This document shows positions 19,857 through 31,476 of a stretch of DNA of 31,476 nucleotides, one piece after another. Where the stretch lies: assembly GCF_006345805.1 (NCBI RefSeq), contig NW_021832212.1:1-31476 (forward strand). Direction: 5' to 3'. The stretch is from Octopus sinensis. Its lineage: Eukaryota. Below the pieces are notes generated by a model. It saw nothing but the letters and a program-made list of their open reading frames with translations. It was not told the origin of the DNA and made no database searches. The translations under genes and the position numbers were made by a program. The first letter of the stretch is position 1; each line of letters begins with the position of its first letter.

Positions 19857-22800
19857 TCAGAATTTGGGCACTATGGCCCACTCAAGTAGAGAGTTATTGT
19901 TTACAGAGACATATCCGGGTGTAGGGGGTTTATCCGGGATTTCTTGAAGGAATCTGTCCAAAGACTTCTTGAACCCTATAGGGTCAGTTTCTGTTTTAAT
20001 GTGTTTTGGTGTTAATGTTAAAGAGAGCGGGGCCAATTGAGGTGAAATAATTGTGCCGTATTGTTGTTATGAGATGAGAGTGCGATTTTGTTTGGGCGGA
20101 TGGCACGGGGCCCAAGCCTTGGATGTACCTTAAAGGTGATGCCAACATCATTTGGGCAATGCTGATGGAATATTTTCCACATCATGCAGATGATGTAGCG
20201 CTCACGACGACGTTGGAGAGAATAGAGTTTTAGCTTTTCTAGTCGACCCCAATAGTCGAGGCCTGTCATGCCATCTATCTTTTTGTGGTTGCCCTTTGAG
20301 GTGCTTCAACTTTTATGATACCTTGTATTGTGTGGGGAGACCACAGTGGACAACAGTATTCAAGGTGGGGTCGGGCAAAGGTGGAGAAGAGAAGGATAAT
20401 GGTGTGGATATCTCTCGACTGGAAAGTTCTGAGAATCCAGGACACATTCTGCGGGCCATGTCAACTTTGGTGTTTATATGAGTGGCCCAGCTTATGTTGT
20501 TGTCCACAATTACTCCCAAGTCTCTGATGTTGTTGGACGCCGCGAGAGTTTCACCTGAAGGAAGGGAGTATGGGAGTTTCAGGGCATCCTCTTTTCCAAA
20601 GTGGATTAGCTCAAATTTATCCTCGTTCAGCAGCATATTGTTTTTTTCTGCCCATTGGATAACAGCCAGTAGATCTGACTGAAGGCATGTCCGGTCACTC
20701 GCCTCATTTATGACCTTCTGTAGCTTGGAGTCATCTGCAAAGATTTTATGTTGCTGTGCTTGATGATGTCATTAATGTCATTAATGTAAATGATGAAAAG
20801 AAGTGGGCCCAGCACAGTGCCTTGCGGAACGCCACTACTGACTTTGGCTGGGCTTGATTTTACCCCTTCAACTACAACATGTTGAGATCTGTCTGTCAGG
20901 AAACACTTGATCCATTTCAGTAACTTTCCAGAGACACCAGTGTTGGATAGTTTTTTCAATAGGATCTTGTGATCGACCCTGTCGAAGGCCTTACTGAAAT
21001 CAAGGTAGATGACATCGGTGTTGGAGCCTCTCCCAAAGCTCTCAAAATGTCCTCAAAGTGATGCAGGAGCTGCGTTAGGCAGTCCCTTCCATACGGAACC
21101 CATGTTGGTTGGAGATCAGCCGTCTGTTGCTTTCCAGAAATTGGGTTATTCGAGATCTCACCACCCTCTCAAATACCTTGATGATATGAGAGGTGAGTGA
21201 GATCGGACGGTAATTCACTGCAAGGGACTTGTTTCCCTTTTTGAAAACTGGGACAACAGACTGGGACAGGAGATTTTTTGGAATATAGCCAGCATCCAGT
21301 GAGTTTCTCCACAGATTAGCAAGGGGAGATGCAAGTTGGTGTCGACACACCTTCAGGACACAAGCAGGGAACCTATCGGGGCCTACTGCTGAATTGTGTT
21401 TTATTTCGTTTATCGCCGCTAAGACATCAGGGGCACTAAACGTTATGTCCGATATAGTGTGTTGGGGGTTGACATCACTGATACAGCCCAGATCGGCCAT
21501 ATCAGGATTGCTGAAAACAGAGCAGTATTGTTTCTGCAGTATCTCGGCCATGGATTTGGCATTATCTTGGAGAGTGCCAGTTTCGTCAATTAGAGGGCCT
21601 ACAGTGGAGACAGTGACCCTGCGTTTCCTCGCAAATGAAAAGAACACTTTGGGGTTGAGTTTGATTTTTTCAATGGCCCACTTCTCCTCAGCTGATCTTT
21701 GGTTATTGATGAGGGTCTTCATGCATTGTTGGAGGTTATATTTTTTGGATTCAAGCAGTGCGATAGCCGTCGAATGTGTGTGTTGCTGTTGGCAGTACTT
21801 TAGTTTGTTAATTTTTTTGTTTGTTCTTTTTATTTTTCTGATAATGGTTTTTCTGTTTTGGGGGATTCTGCACTTTTTGTTCACAGGTCTTGGTGGGGAG
21901 TGTTTTGCACATATGTCTGTGACGGTATCTACAAAGATCTGCCAAGATGTTTTATGGTTGGTGGAGATGTGTGTATGTGTAAAGGACCAGTCAACATGTG
22001 ATAGCTCGTTCCTGATTGCATCCCAGTTGGCATTATGGAGATCCATGTTGTCAAATGGGTGGGCTGGAGGAAGGTCACTAGGATTAGCTTTCGGCTGGTG
22101 GAATTTCATGTTACAGAGAACCATGTCATGGTCTGAAAGAAGGGTTTTTTCCACTGTAACGTTATGTATAGTGTTAGTGTGGTTACTAAACACTAGGTCC
22201 AAAATGTTCTGATGTCTTGTTGGTGCAAGGACAAGTTGGGACAAGAAAAACTCATTCGTAAAGTCGAAAAGTGACTCTGCTGCTTCTTTGTCAGCGGTTG
22301 AGGCGGGAGTGCTTGGTTTCAAACAGTTTGTAGTCCAGTCAACACAGGGTAGATTGAAGTCTCCCATCATTAGTATGTTGCTAGAATGGCACTGTTGAAT
22401 AAAGCACTTAATGCTGTTGAGGCATTCTTTAAAGCACAGTATGGGTGTTTGGGGCGGCCTATAGAGCCCAATTACTGTCAGGTCATTGGCTTTGTTGTGC
22501 ACGGTGACTGATTCACAGTAGCCGTTGGAGAATATACTATTTCCATCTGCCGTAAATGAATCATGCAGGAAAATGGCAGTTCCACCCTTCCTCCTGCCGA
22601 TACGATCCGCGCGGATGGTTGTGAAATTCTTCACTCTCACTTCGGCTTCCAAGTGGGAGTTGTCAAGGTGGGTCTCAGTGAGAACGAAGAAAGGGATGTG
22701 GTGTGAATGGTTACCAACCCAGTCTTCAATGAATTGGACCTTCCATTTTTGTGCATTGATGGAAGGGCTGACACCTTGTGCATTGAGTAGGAATGTGGAG

Positions 22801-22919
22801 GTTAGTGTAGTGGCTGGTTTTGACTGTTGCAGGGGCTTGGATTTTTTGTGTGTGTTAGTGGCAGCAATGTGGGGAATTGGTGCACTGGGGTAATAGCATA
22901 GGATGGTGTTGAGTGATGG
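19857..22919 (-). pseudogene. LINE ORF2 (APE endonuclease plus reverse transcriptase), frameshifted as assembled
   Basis: APE: LLNAQG, VLTETH, GGTAIF, IGLYRPP, MGDFN, ILDLVF, LSDH. RT: GPDRFP, YRPISLTS, QHGFR, YLDFSKAFD, GVPQGTVLGPLLF, FADD, DLGVIV, HLEYCCPLWSP, LYSLQRRRERY. Reconstructed stop at 19857-19859. Confidence 0.9.
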
Positions 22920-23330
22920 TTAGAATGTTTTTGTGTATCTCTTTTGCCATGTTCAACATGGCTAAAAAAGAATTTTCCTGCTTAGGGAGCAGTTTTTGGC
23001 TGGAGGTGTGGTTGCACTGTTGGATAGGGTTGTAGTTTCCACTTTTGTTGTTTTTGTGTCTTCCTGAAAAGACTGGACCAGCATTACTGCAGCATGGTGT
23101 GTTTCTATTTTTATTGTTATTCAGGTTTGTGTGTTGGCTTGAAGCCCCGTTTATGTTTGTGCGTCGGGTCCCTGGAAGATGAGTGAAGGGACAGTCACTC
23201 AGCAGACATATTCTCTCACGTTGGGAATACCGGCAGATTTTGGGACTCCGAGTTGTGTGTGTTTTGAATTTCGATTTACTATTTGGTGGTGTTGATGTTA
23301 TTGTGGGATGCGTGCTTTGGCCTTGGCCGG
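22855..23330 (-). pseudogene. LINE ORF1 remnant with CCCH-type zinc finger
   Basis: KICRYSQRERICLLSDCPFTH = C-X8-C-X4-C-X3-H, followed by a low-complexity N/Q/T-rich segment. Confidence 0.55.
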
Positions 23331-23350
23331 TATATATACGTATATATATA

Positions 23351-23531
23351 CGACGGGCTTCTTTCAGTTTCCGTCTACCAAATTCACTCACAAGGCTTTA
23401 TCTTGTCAAATCGACTTTGGTCGGCCCGAGGCTATAGTAGAAGACACTTGCCCAAGGTGCCACGCAGTGGGACTGAACCCGGAACATGTGGTTGGTAAAC
23501 AAGCTACTTACCACACAGCCACTCCTGCGCC
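23351..23531 (-). mobile_element. Family C SINE, 5' half (partner of 19481-19707)
   Basis: Matches 17670-17827 and ends actcctgcgcc; carries a 19-bp insertion. Confidence 0.9.
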
Positions 23532-23635
23532 TATATATATATATTATATATATATATATTATTTATATTATATATATATATACATATATATGTGTATATA
23601 TATATATATGTATATATATACACACACATACATAC

Positions 23636-23945
23636 AGTGATGCCTTGTGATTTTAATTTGGTAGATGGAAACTGTCGAAACCCTTATGTATGTGTGTGTG
23701 CATGCACTCGCACGTAGTTGTGTTTATCTTTCTCCGCTTCATAATCGGCGTTGGTTTGTTCACGTCCCCGTTGTGTATCGCTTCAGTAAAAAGAATCCGA
23801 TAAAATAAAATGAATAGAAGGTTTTATAATATGCACCGGGGGGGGGGTCGATTTGACAAGATATATTCCTTCAAAGTGGGTCCCCAGCATGGCCGCAATT
23901 CGATGCGTGAAGCTCGTAAAAGGATAAAAGGATAAAAGAATAAAC
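23636..23945 (+). mobile_element. Family C SINE, old 5'-truncated copy
   Basis: gatgccttgtga...ttggtagatggaaactg, cacgtccccg, ccgataaaataa, ggggtcgatttg, cccagcatggccgca, then a (AAAGGAT)-type tail. Confidence 0.75.
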
Positions 23946-24489
23946 GAACAACAACAAAAAAAAGCATCATTTTCATCATTTTGCCATCAACATTGTCATC
24001 GTGTTTTTGCGATCGTCCCAGCCAGAGACATTTAACGAAACGTAACTGAGACGCATTAATCAAACAGATCGTTAAGCAGGAACAAGACGTTTGGAGTCAG
24101 CGTATAATAATTGTGTTTGTCAAAGGAACCTGTTTCGATGGTTCTGCATTCTATGCTCATGAGCGAGTTCCACGGTTAATTTCCGGTTTCCTTTTTTCAC
24201 TCCCCTCCGTTTCCTTCATCATTCCACAGTAACTTTACTCTAAATACGTTGTTGCATTGTATTCTATTGTGATTCAGTTTTGTAAATTGGTCTCATCGTC
24301 AACGTCCGTGATGTTGTTGGCTTGACCGACTTGGCGGGAGGGCAGGGGGTAGAAAATAACAGGGGAGGGGGGGAAGAAGACGACTGAGAGATGCAATACG
24401 ATGTTTTGTTCGCTGTAGACACTTTCACTTTCGGTTTCTCGACAACAGACATCGACGTCCGTCTGTGTGATTGTGCAATTTATGTAAGT

Positions 24490-24689
24490 CACACACACAC
24501 ACACACACATACACACATACAATCACGCACACACACGCACAAACACACGTCCATGCATACTGTTACACATATGCATATATATATATATAATATATATATA
24601 TATATATAATATATATATATAATATATATATATATATAATATACATATATATATATATTATATACATACATACATATATATATACATAT

Positions 24690-24735
<46 letters not shown>

Positions 24736-24840
24736 TATATGAAGATGAATAAATAAATATATATATGTGTTATATATATATATATATATATAATATATAT
24801 AATATACATACATTATATATAAATATATATATATATGCCT
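24490..24840. repeat. (CA)n then long (TA)n microsatellite
   Basis: Direct reading. Confidence 0.9.
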
Positions 24841-26423
24841 TTGAATATATTTCAATGTGTGCGCAAAGATATATACAGATACATACAATTGTTGTTGCGC
24901 GTGTGCGTATATATGTGCGCGTGCATATAACTACTCCAATATATTGGAACCGTATTAGCTACTGGAAGTACATGTACACTGTTAAATTCCCTTCCACTTT
25001 TTGCTATTTTGTGAAATACACTTAATTAAGTATCAAGGTCTTCCCTCGTACATCAGCAAACATGGAACTGTTTGTCTCCGTGCTACCGGCCTGAAACCTT
25101 ACCTTCTCTTCGTAGCTAATTGCTTTCGTTAAGCATTCTACATTAAGAGGAAAGTTCTCATTTGTCATGTATAATAAACTTCCTGAATGTTCTTCTTACT
25201 AACCCTTCGAAATTTAGTCTGTATTAGTTCCCTAATATTTTTCTTGCAGTTGTAGCCATTTCGTAGACTTGCTCAGTGGTGACCGTTTGAGACGGCTTTT
25301 CTTGATTAGAGCTAATAATTTCTTGCTATATTTGATTTTACATTTTTTATTAAAGAGAGGGATCAACCAGATTACAATGCATGTTATATGTTTGCTTTGT
25401 TGCTGCGAATATAAAACCTCAGGCAGACAGCACGGACATACAACAGTCAAACATAGGTTTGAGAGAAGGCAGCTTTTAAATCAGTTTCCTCGCTAATATA
25501 TCCATCTTCTAGTATGAGAAAAAGAGAATTACCACAGCATTATCTAGACATATATGGCACTTGAAAGATAGATGAACTATGTCGACAAAAACGTGTTCAG
25601 TCTACAACCAAATACGTTATGGCAGAATTTGAACTCAGAATGCAAAGATTGGAACAAACACCGCAAAACAACCGCTTCGTGGGGTTTTACAATTACATCT
25701 ATTGCTCAGGATTGGTTACCTTTTCAAAGTTATGGAGTTAAAAAGCTAAAATTGCTGCTGTTTGTTGTTATTATTGCTTTGGTTAATATTGAGGTGAGCT
25801 CTGTGATCGGAGCGGTTACATATTTGACAACCTGTTTTAAATCCAGGTATTGTGTACCATCTACCACCAATTTTCTCATATATTCTTCCACAAGATGGTT
25901 GACAAGGTATAGTTCTGTGACGGGGCTTTCTTTCCGTGGTCCCGTGTGTTTTCTACAATTCCATGCTCGCTTAACTAAAACCGCGAGTGCAATTTAGTAG
26001 GCAAAATTGAGATAAATCCAATCGTATATATATTCGTGTTTGTGTTTGTGTTTGTGTTTGTGTGTCTGTGTATGTGTGCGTGTGCGTGTGTGTGTATTTA
26101 TGAATATATCTATGCACAGTATAGCACATATGCACAACACAGCGTATATCAGAAGCTTTATATAAATCTAGAGCAGGCTTGGGCAACCTTTTTCCATGTA
26201 CGGGCCGGATTAAGTTTTCTCATCAAAGTCGCGGGCCAGAGCCCTAATTATAGACTTACAAAATATATACATAAGTGCTTATACAAATATTTGCTTTATA
26301 ATATAAAAGGGTATTAACATAAGGGTAAGAACAAAACAATTTATTAATATAAAACAAATGTAGTCGAATCAGTAAAATAATTTATTCATTTTTATTGGGA
26401 GAAAATAGCCATGAAACATTATT

Positions 26424-27470
26424 CTAATGGGATATTTGGGGTTGATGTTTCTTCATCAACATCTCGATGTTCGAAGAAATGCTAGAGGTGGCTACTTTCA
26501 AGTTATTTTCAAGATGATTATCAGTTATTCTTGATCTTGCTTTGGATTTAGTAGGTTTCATTTTTGAGAACAGCTGCTCACATTTATATGTGCTCCCAAA
26601 GAGTGACATTTTCTTTCTAGTAAAATCCACGATCAAGGGGTAATTTCCTCAAGGTAGGCTTTTATAAAACTCTGTTAGTGAATGATCTCTCATTTCCCGT
26701 TTTAAATCTTCATTCCCTTGGAGTTCAATTAATTCCATCTGTAATTCCTGGTTAATATTGATATCAAAAGGTGAAAAAATATACGTAGATCTGTTTCTTG
26801 TGATCTGAAATCTTGAAATCTGTTATTGAAATTTTCGTTAATCAATTTTACTTCATCTGCTTAAGAAGTACAATCGGATTTTGCCACGAATTGCCAATGT
26901 TGAGAAACGGAATGTATTACAATTTCTGAGCTGTCGCTCCCACAGTTGCATTTTGTTTTGAAATGTTTTGACATGACTGTACGACTCATGAATGAATTGG
27001 CCTTCTCCTTGCAATTTCAAATTAAAGTCATTAAGATATGAAAGAAAGTCAACAAGAAAAGCAAGATCACATATCCAGCCATCATCACTCAATTCGGGCA
27101 TAGACTTTCCTTTCATTTCCATGAATGTAAAAATTTCACTCTTCAGATCATAAAATCGTTTCAACTTTTTCCTTTGCTCAGCCATCGCACCTCACAATAG
27201 TAAACAAAATCTCCATACTCTGCCTCGATATCCTCAAGAAATTCTTTAAACTTACGGTGGTTCATAGTTCGAGATTTCATAAAATTTATACTGAAACAAC
27301 CTTGGACATGACTCGCTCAAATTTGAGTGACCTGGCGCACAAATTATCCGATGAAAAATGGATAAATCTTTTGTCTATATTCATAGAAGCCAATTCCGAT
27401 CTGATTTTAAAAACTAAGCCTTTTTTACTACCAACCATAGCAGGAACACCATCTGTTGGTCCACTTTTCT
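26424..27470 (-). pseudogene. hAT transposase remnant
   Basis: TDGVPAMVGSKKGLV, NLCARSLK, YYCEVRWLSKGK, DLAFLVD...LNDFNLKLQG, FGSTYKCEQLFSKMK...RSRITDNHL; several frameshifts. Confidence 0.88.
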
Positions 27471-27917
27471 TGGAAAACTCAGGATTCGTTATCCACTTGT
27501 CTCTTTTTTGATGTCGACATTTTAAGGTTGGATAATTCGAGGAAAAAATATAGATAGTGGTGATAAATAACGGAGCATATGTTGGAGTGTGAAATATAAA
27601 CTTTATATAAGGAAAATATAAACTTGGTCTGAGGAATAAGAATGAAGCGGTATGTTGTGTATGGTTGATATTCTCGATGGTCAGTTGTTTGGATAAATGC
27701 ATTTGAGTTGAGTTATTTCTGGCCTTTGCATATTAGCAAATTAATAGACTTGGACTGTCTTGAGTTAGTAGCTTGGTTCTTGGTTTTGAGAGAATTTGAG
27801 TGAGAACGTGAATGGCATATTGTTCATTCGCTAGTATCGAGAAGAGATAACCTGACGGATTTAAAGGTAGCTACTCACTGACTGGTAGGCTTACAATTAG
27901 GTTCATTTTATTACTGA

Positions 27918-28409
27918 CTAGCATTATTACCACAGCTCCATTTGGACTATTCCATTTCTGCACTTAAATTTTATTTTTTATTTATTCCCATTCATGTGAA
28001 ACCACTTATTCAAGTTCAAGTCATTGATGCAATTTTATACCAATTGCTATTTTTACTTTTAATTGTTATATTATACTTTAATTTGATTTTAATTATTACT
28101 TACTACATATAATTCAATTATTATTATTATTTTTATTGTTAAAGTGAAAGCATCTGGCATAAAATAGAGAGATGTTTCTGTTTCACTTTTAACACGTAAT
28201 ACTGAAATAGTGGAGAAGATATGATATTGCTGTGAGCTCGCCCTAGGCAAAAAGTTACAAAGTTTTTGCCGATGACACTCCCCGGACCCTAAGTAAGGCA
28301 TGTGTAAAATTTGAATGAAATTGGTTGTGTAGTTATCAAGTTTTAGGGAAACACACAGACATACGGACAGGCAGACAGGCACACATTCTCAGTTTTATAT
28401 AGAGAGAGA
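27918..28409 (-). mobile_element. Probable non-autonomous Helitron-like insert
   Basis: Minus strand begins A|TCTCTCTCTATATAAAACTGAGAATGTGTG followed by (CTGT)-like repeats. Candidate CTAG|T end at 27918-27921; no clear terminal hairpin, so the left boundary is uncertain. Confidence 0.45.
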
Positions 28410-28762
28410 TGCTTCCTGTCTCTTTTTCGGGGAAGCATGAGTGTCACTTTCTCTATTTTGATTCTACGAATTTGGTCCTTTCACCTTTCCTAGAATTTTT
28501 GCTAAAGTTCCACGAAAGCTTGTTTCGTTTTTGCCTATTTACACTACGAGTCGACCAGACTAGGAAATTAACCACTTCACGGTCATACTACTACAGGTCT
28601 CCGTGGGCCAGAAAAAAGGCTTCGCGGGCCAAATCTGGCCTGAGGGCCGTAGGTTGCCCATATCTGATTTAGACTGATACAAATCTGGAGTTTCTTGAAG
28701 TTGTTGCTGTGAAGCTTCCAATAAATATGAATATACAGAAAATTAAATGAGAATATTATCAT

Positions 28763-29189
28763 AGGCGCAGGAGTGGCTGTGTGGTAAGTAGCTTGCTTAA
28801 CAACCACATGGTTCCGGGTTCAGTCCCACTGCGTGGCATCTTGGGCAAGTGTCTTCTACTATAGCCTCGGGCCGACCGATGCCTTGTGAGTGGATTTGGT
28901 AGATGGAAACTGAAAGGAGCCCGTCGTATATATGTATATATATATATATATATATATTTATATGTATATGCATGTGTGTGTATATGCGTGTATGTGTCCC
29001 CAACATCGCTTGACAACCGATGCTGGTGTGTTTACGTCCCCGTCACTTACCGGTTCGGCAAAAGAGACCGATAAAATAAGTACTAGGCTTACAAAGAATA
29101 AGTCCTGGGGTCGATTTGCTCGACTAAAAGGCGGTGCTCCAGCATGGCCACAGTCAAATGACTGAAACAAGTAAAAGAGAGTAAAAGAA
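28763..29189 (+). mobile_element. Family C SINE, full length, with internal (TA) microsatellite
   Basis: GGCGCAGGAGTGGCTGTGTGGTAAG head, B-box-like GGTTCAGTCC, tail GGCGGTGCTCCAGCATGGCCACAGTCAAATGACTGAAAC plus GTAAAAGA repeats. Confidence 0.93.
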
Positions 29190-29775
29190 GTATATGTTTC
29201 TCTGCTCGTAGACTTCTCATCAGAGAATAAATACCCTTCTCGTCTTCTTTATGACGAAAAGAACTAACAGCAGGCTGCTATTTAAATCAACCGCAAGCAA
29301 GAACTTAGCTGTAGCATCCAGATTCATTTGTACACCATGCGTTTGTTTCGCTGGTGTGATTAAATAATTAATCAGCTTTAAAAAGCTTCACTGTAAAACT
29401 TCAAATAGGTGCCACTACTACTCTCTTTGCACACACAAAGACATAGGAGATTGTCCGTATACGATTCACCGCTCATTGGCAACTCATCAAAAGGTAAAGA
29501 CCCCTCGGTGCTCTACGCACGAAGAAAACCTATAACGAATCACTGTTTAAATAAACGATACTTTCAAGTAATTCATACCCAATTATATTTATATCTAATG
29601 AGTTCTACCTCTTACAGCATTTTTAACCGAAAATGCAATACCGGAAGTTTTTCCTTGCGATTCAAGTTCTTTCAAAGAGAACGGTTCCATTAATAGTCTG
29701 ACGCTTTCGTAGTTAAATTTTTTAACTAGTCATGAGCATTGAAGTAACAATGTTTGATCTTTAACGGACTTTATC

Positions 29776-29822
29776 ATGTATGTATGTATGTATGTATGTA
29801 TGTATGTATGTATGTATGTATG

Positions 29823-29852
<30 letters not shown>
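29776..29852. repeat. (TATG)n microsatellite
   Basis: Perfect run. Confidence 0.97.
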
Positions 29853-29855
<3 letters not shown>

Positions 29856-29984
29856 CGCTGTTTATAATTTTTAGTTTAGTTTGCCGTCATAACGACATCT
29901 AGATCGTGTTCAAACATTAAATCTTCATCTTGGTTTTAAATATTCCACTCAAATCCAAAACCTGTACCAGTTGTTGTTTGTCAC

Positions 29985-30125
29985 TATCGTTGTCATCATC
30001 ATCATCATCATCAACAACACCATCGTCGTCCTCTTCGTCGATGTTGTCGTCATCATCATCATCATATCAGCATCAACAGCTACAACATGACCGTCTTCAT
30101 TATCATCAACACGATCAGCAAAAAC
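29985..30125. repeat. (CAT/CAA/CGT)n trinucleotide low-complexity tract
   Basis: Direct reading. Confidence 0.8.
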
Positions 30126-30633
30126 ATTGTCGTTATTGTATGCGTTGTTTTCATGTGTTATAGTAAACTTTTATGTGTGTCTGTGTGTCCATGCGGTTGT
30201 ATATGTATTTGAGTTTACATTTCTATATATATGTGAACGTCAGCATGTATCAATGATTGAGTGTGTGTGTGTCTACGCGTATGTGCCTCTGTGTGCCTGT
30301 GTGTATGTATGTGTGTGTGTGTGTGTGTGTGTGCGTGTGTGTGTGCATATGTGTGTGAGTTGTTTTTGAATGCTCTTCTTTGAGGTGGGTGATCTTGTTT
30401 GTTTATTCTCGTTTCCCCGTCAATGTCGACATCCAGATCATGCTTAAACGTTAAATTGTCATTTTTGGTTTTAAATATTCCACTCAGATTTTAAACCCAA
30501 GGGCCGCCTTATCCCTCTTTTACCTTCATATTTTCCAACCTTTTTACATTCTCTTCCTTTAATTCGATTATTAATCTAAATCTAATTTCGTTAAAAATCC
30601 AATACGCTCTACTCTCTCACACCCACCTCACTT

Positions 30634-30665
<32 letters not shown>

Positions 30666-31204
30666 CCTGCTCTCCTTCTTTATCAGTCTTCTTCGCACTC
30701 TCTTTTGCATTATTTTTCCTTGTTTCTTACGTTCTTATCTTGGTGAATAACTTTAATAAGATAACTGCATAAAAATAAACGAAAAATGATTTTATATTTC
30801 ACAACAAAATCCATATAGATGCCGAGCTATTCGTGAAATTATAATACAAATAAATAAATAAATAAATTGAAAATTCTCATTTATGAGAGCGCGAAAGGAA
30901 AGAAAAAATATGATTTATCGCTAGTTCTGCCAACTTCCAATAATTATTAAATTATTTAGTTAGATGGTATTTGCTTTATTTATTCAATTATTTATTTATA
31001 TACATATACATTTATTTGTTAAATTATTTACTTATTCATTTATATATTTCCTTAGTTTCGGCTTAGGTTTCCGTTTTGTTTTCTGTATTCGACTTTGAAA
31101 TTTTAATTCTTAGCTTCAACCTGACTTTCTTATCACTTGGCATTCACGTTTCCTGCGTTGCCGTCTATTTACTGAAGGGTAATCTGAAGAATATGTATGT
31201 ACTT

Positions 31205-31218
31205 GAATATGTATGTAG

Positions 31219-31266
<48 letters not shown>

Positions 31267-31420
31267 TACATACACACACACAAACACGCACACACACACA
31301 CACACACCCATATACATGTATGTATATAAATATATATATATATATACATGTATGTTATATATTTATATGTTTATGTTTGTTATATGTATAAGTATATATA
31401 TATGTTTTGTGTGTGTGTGT
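31205..31420. repeat. (TA)n/(CA)n compound microsatellite
   Basis: Direct reading. Confidence 0.88.
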
Positions 31421-31476
31421 ATACGAGAGGAAGTCAAAATTATCCGCACTTTCGCCATAACATATCTTTATTATTG

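Larger units (their letters stand above)
19768..23330 (-). mobile_element. CR1-type LINE, 3.56 kb, 5'-truncated within ORF1
   Basis: 3' tail of (ATCAAAGT)-type 8-mer x3; APE and RT motifs; candidate TSD tatatatac at 19759-19767 and 23331-23339. Confidence 0.93.
26174..28666 (-). mobile_element. hAT DNA transposon (Charlie/SPIN-like), decayed and internally deleted
   Basis: 15-bp TIRs CAGGCTTGGGCAACC and CAGATATGGGCAACC (12/15); repeated GGGCC subterminal motifs; 8-bp TSD ATCTAGAG / ATTTAGAC (6/8). Confidence 0.82.

Noticed and set aside
25710-25793. Possible 84-nt exon encoding a hydrophobic stretch
   Set aside because: Weak acceptor; hydrophobic peptides arise readily from T-rich DNA.
29190-29230. 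CTGATGA...GAAAC-ATAT on the minus strand
   Set aside because: No stem II pairing, and the cleavage triplet and stem I are absent where the SINE tail abuts.
29930-30163. Poly-Ser/poly-Gln ORF
   Set aside because: Trinucleotide microsatellite with no splice or homology support.

Overview
Eukaryotic, AT-rich, repeat-saturated DNA. The SINE families and (TA)n/(TATG)n/(GATA)n tracts look like an Octopus (cephalopod) intron or intergenic region; this taxon call is pattern recognition, not a database hit. No host gene can be confidently called, and most long ORFs in the track are translated microsatellites. Supported content: two decayed Tc1-like DNA transposons (DD36E and DD37E spacing, TIRs, TA target sites); a decayed hAT with TIRs and an 8-bp TSD that probably carries a Helitron-like insert; two CR1-type LINE copies (one 3.56 kb, nested in a SINE, with frameshifts mostly at homopolymer runs); a gag/ORF1-like gene with no ORF2; three tRNA-derived SINE families (about 11 copies or fragments); and two adjacent minisatellites. 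The most notable signal is not visible in the ORF track. Several short modules next to (TA)n tracts carry type I hammerhead ribozyme motifs with a self-complementary stem III. Two have intact catalytic cores (18.6 kb, 14.0 kb) and three or four are degenerate. The 18.2-18.9 kb copy has a 436-nt permuted monomer plus an inverted junction-spanning copy, which is the architecture of Penelope-like or retrozyme elements.
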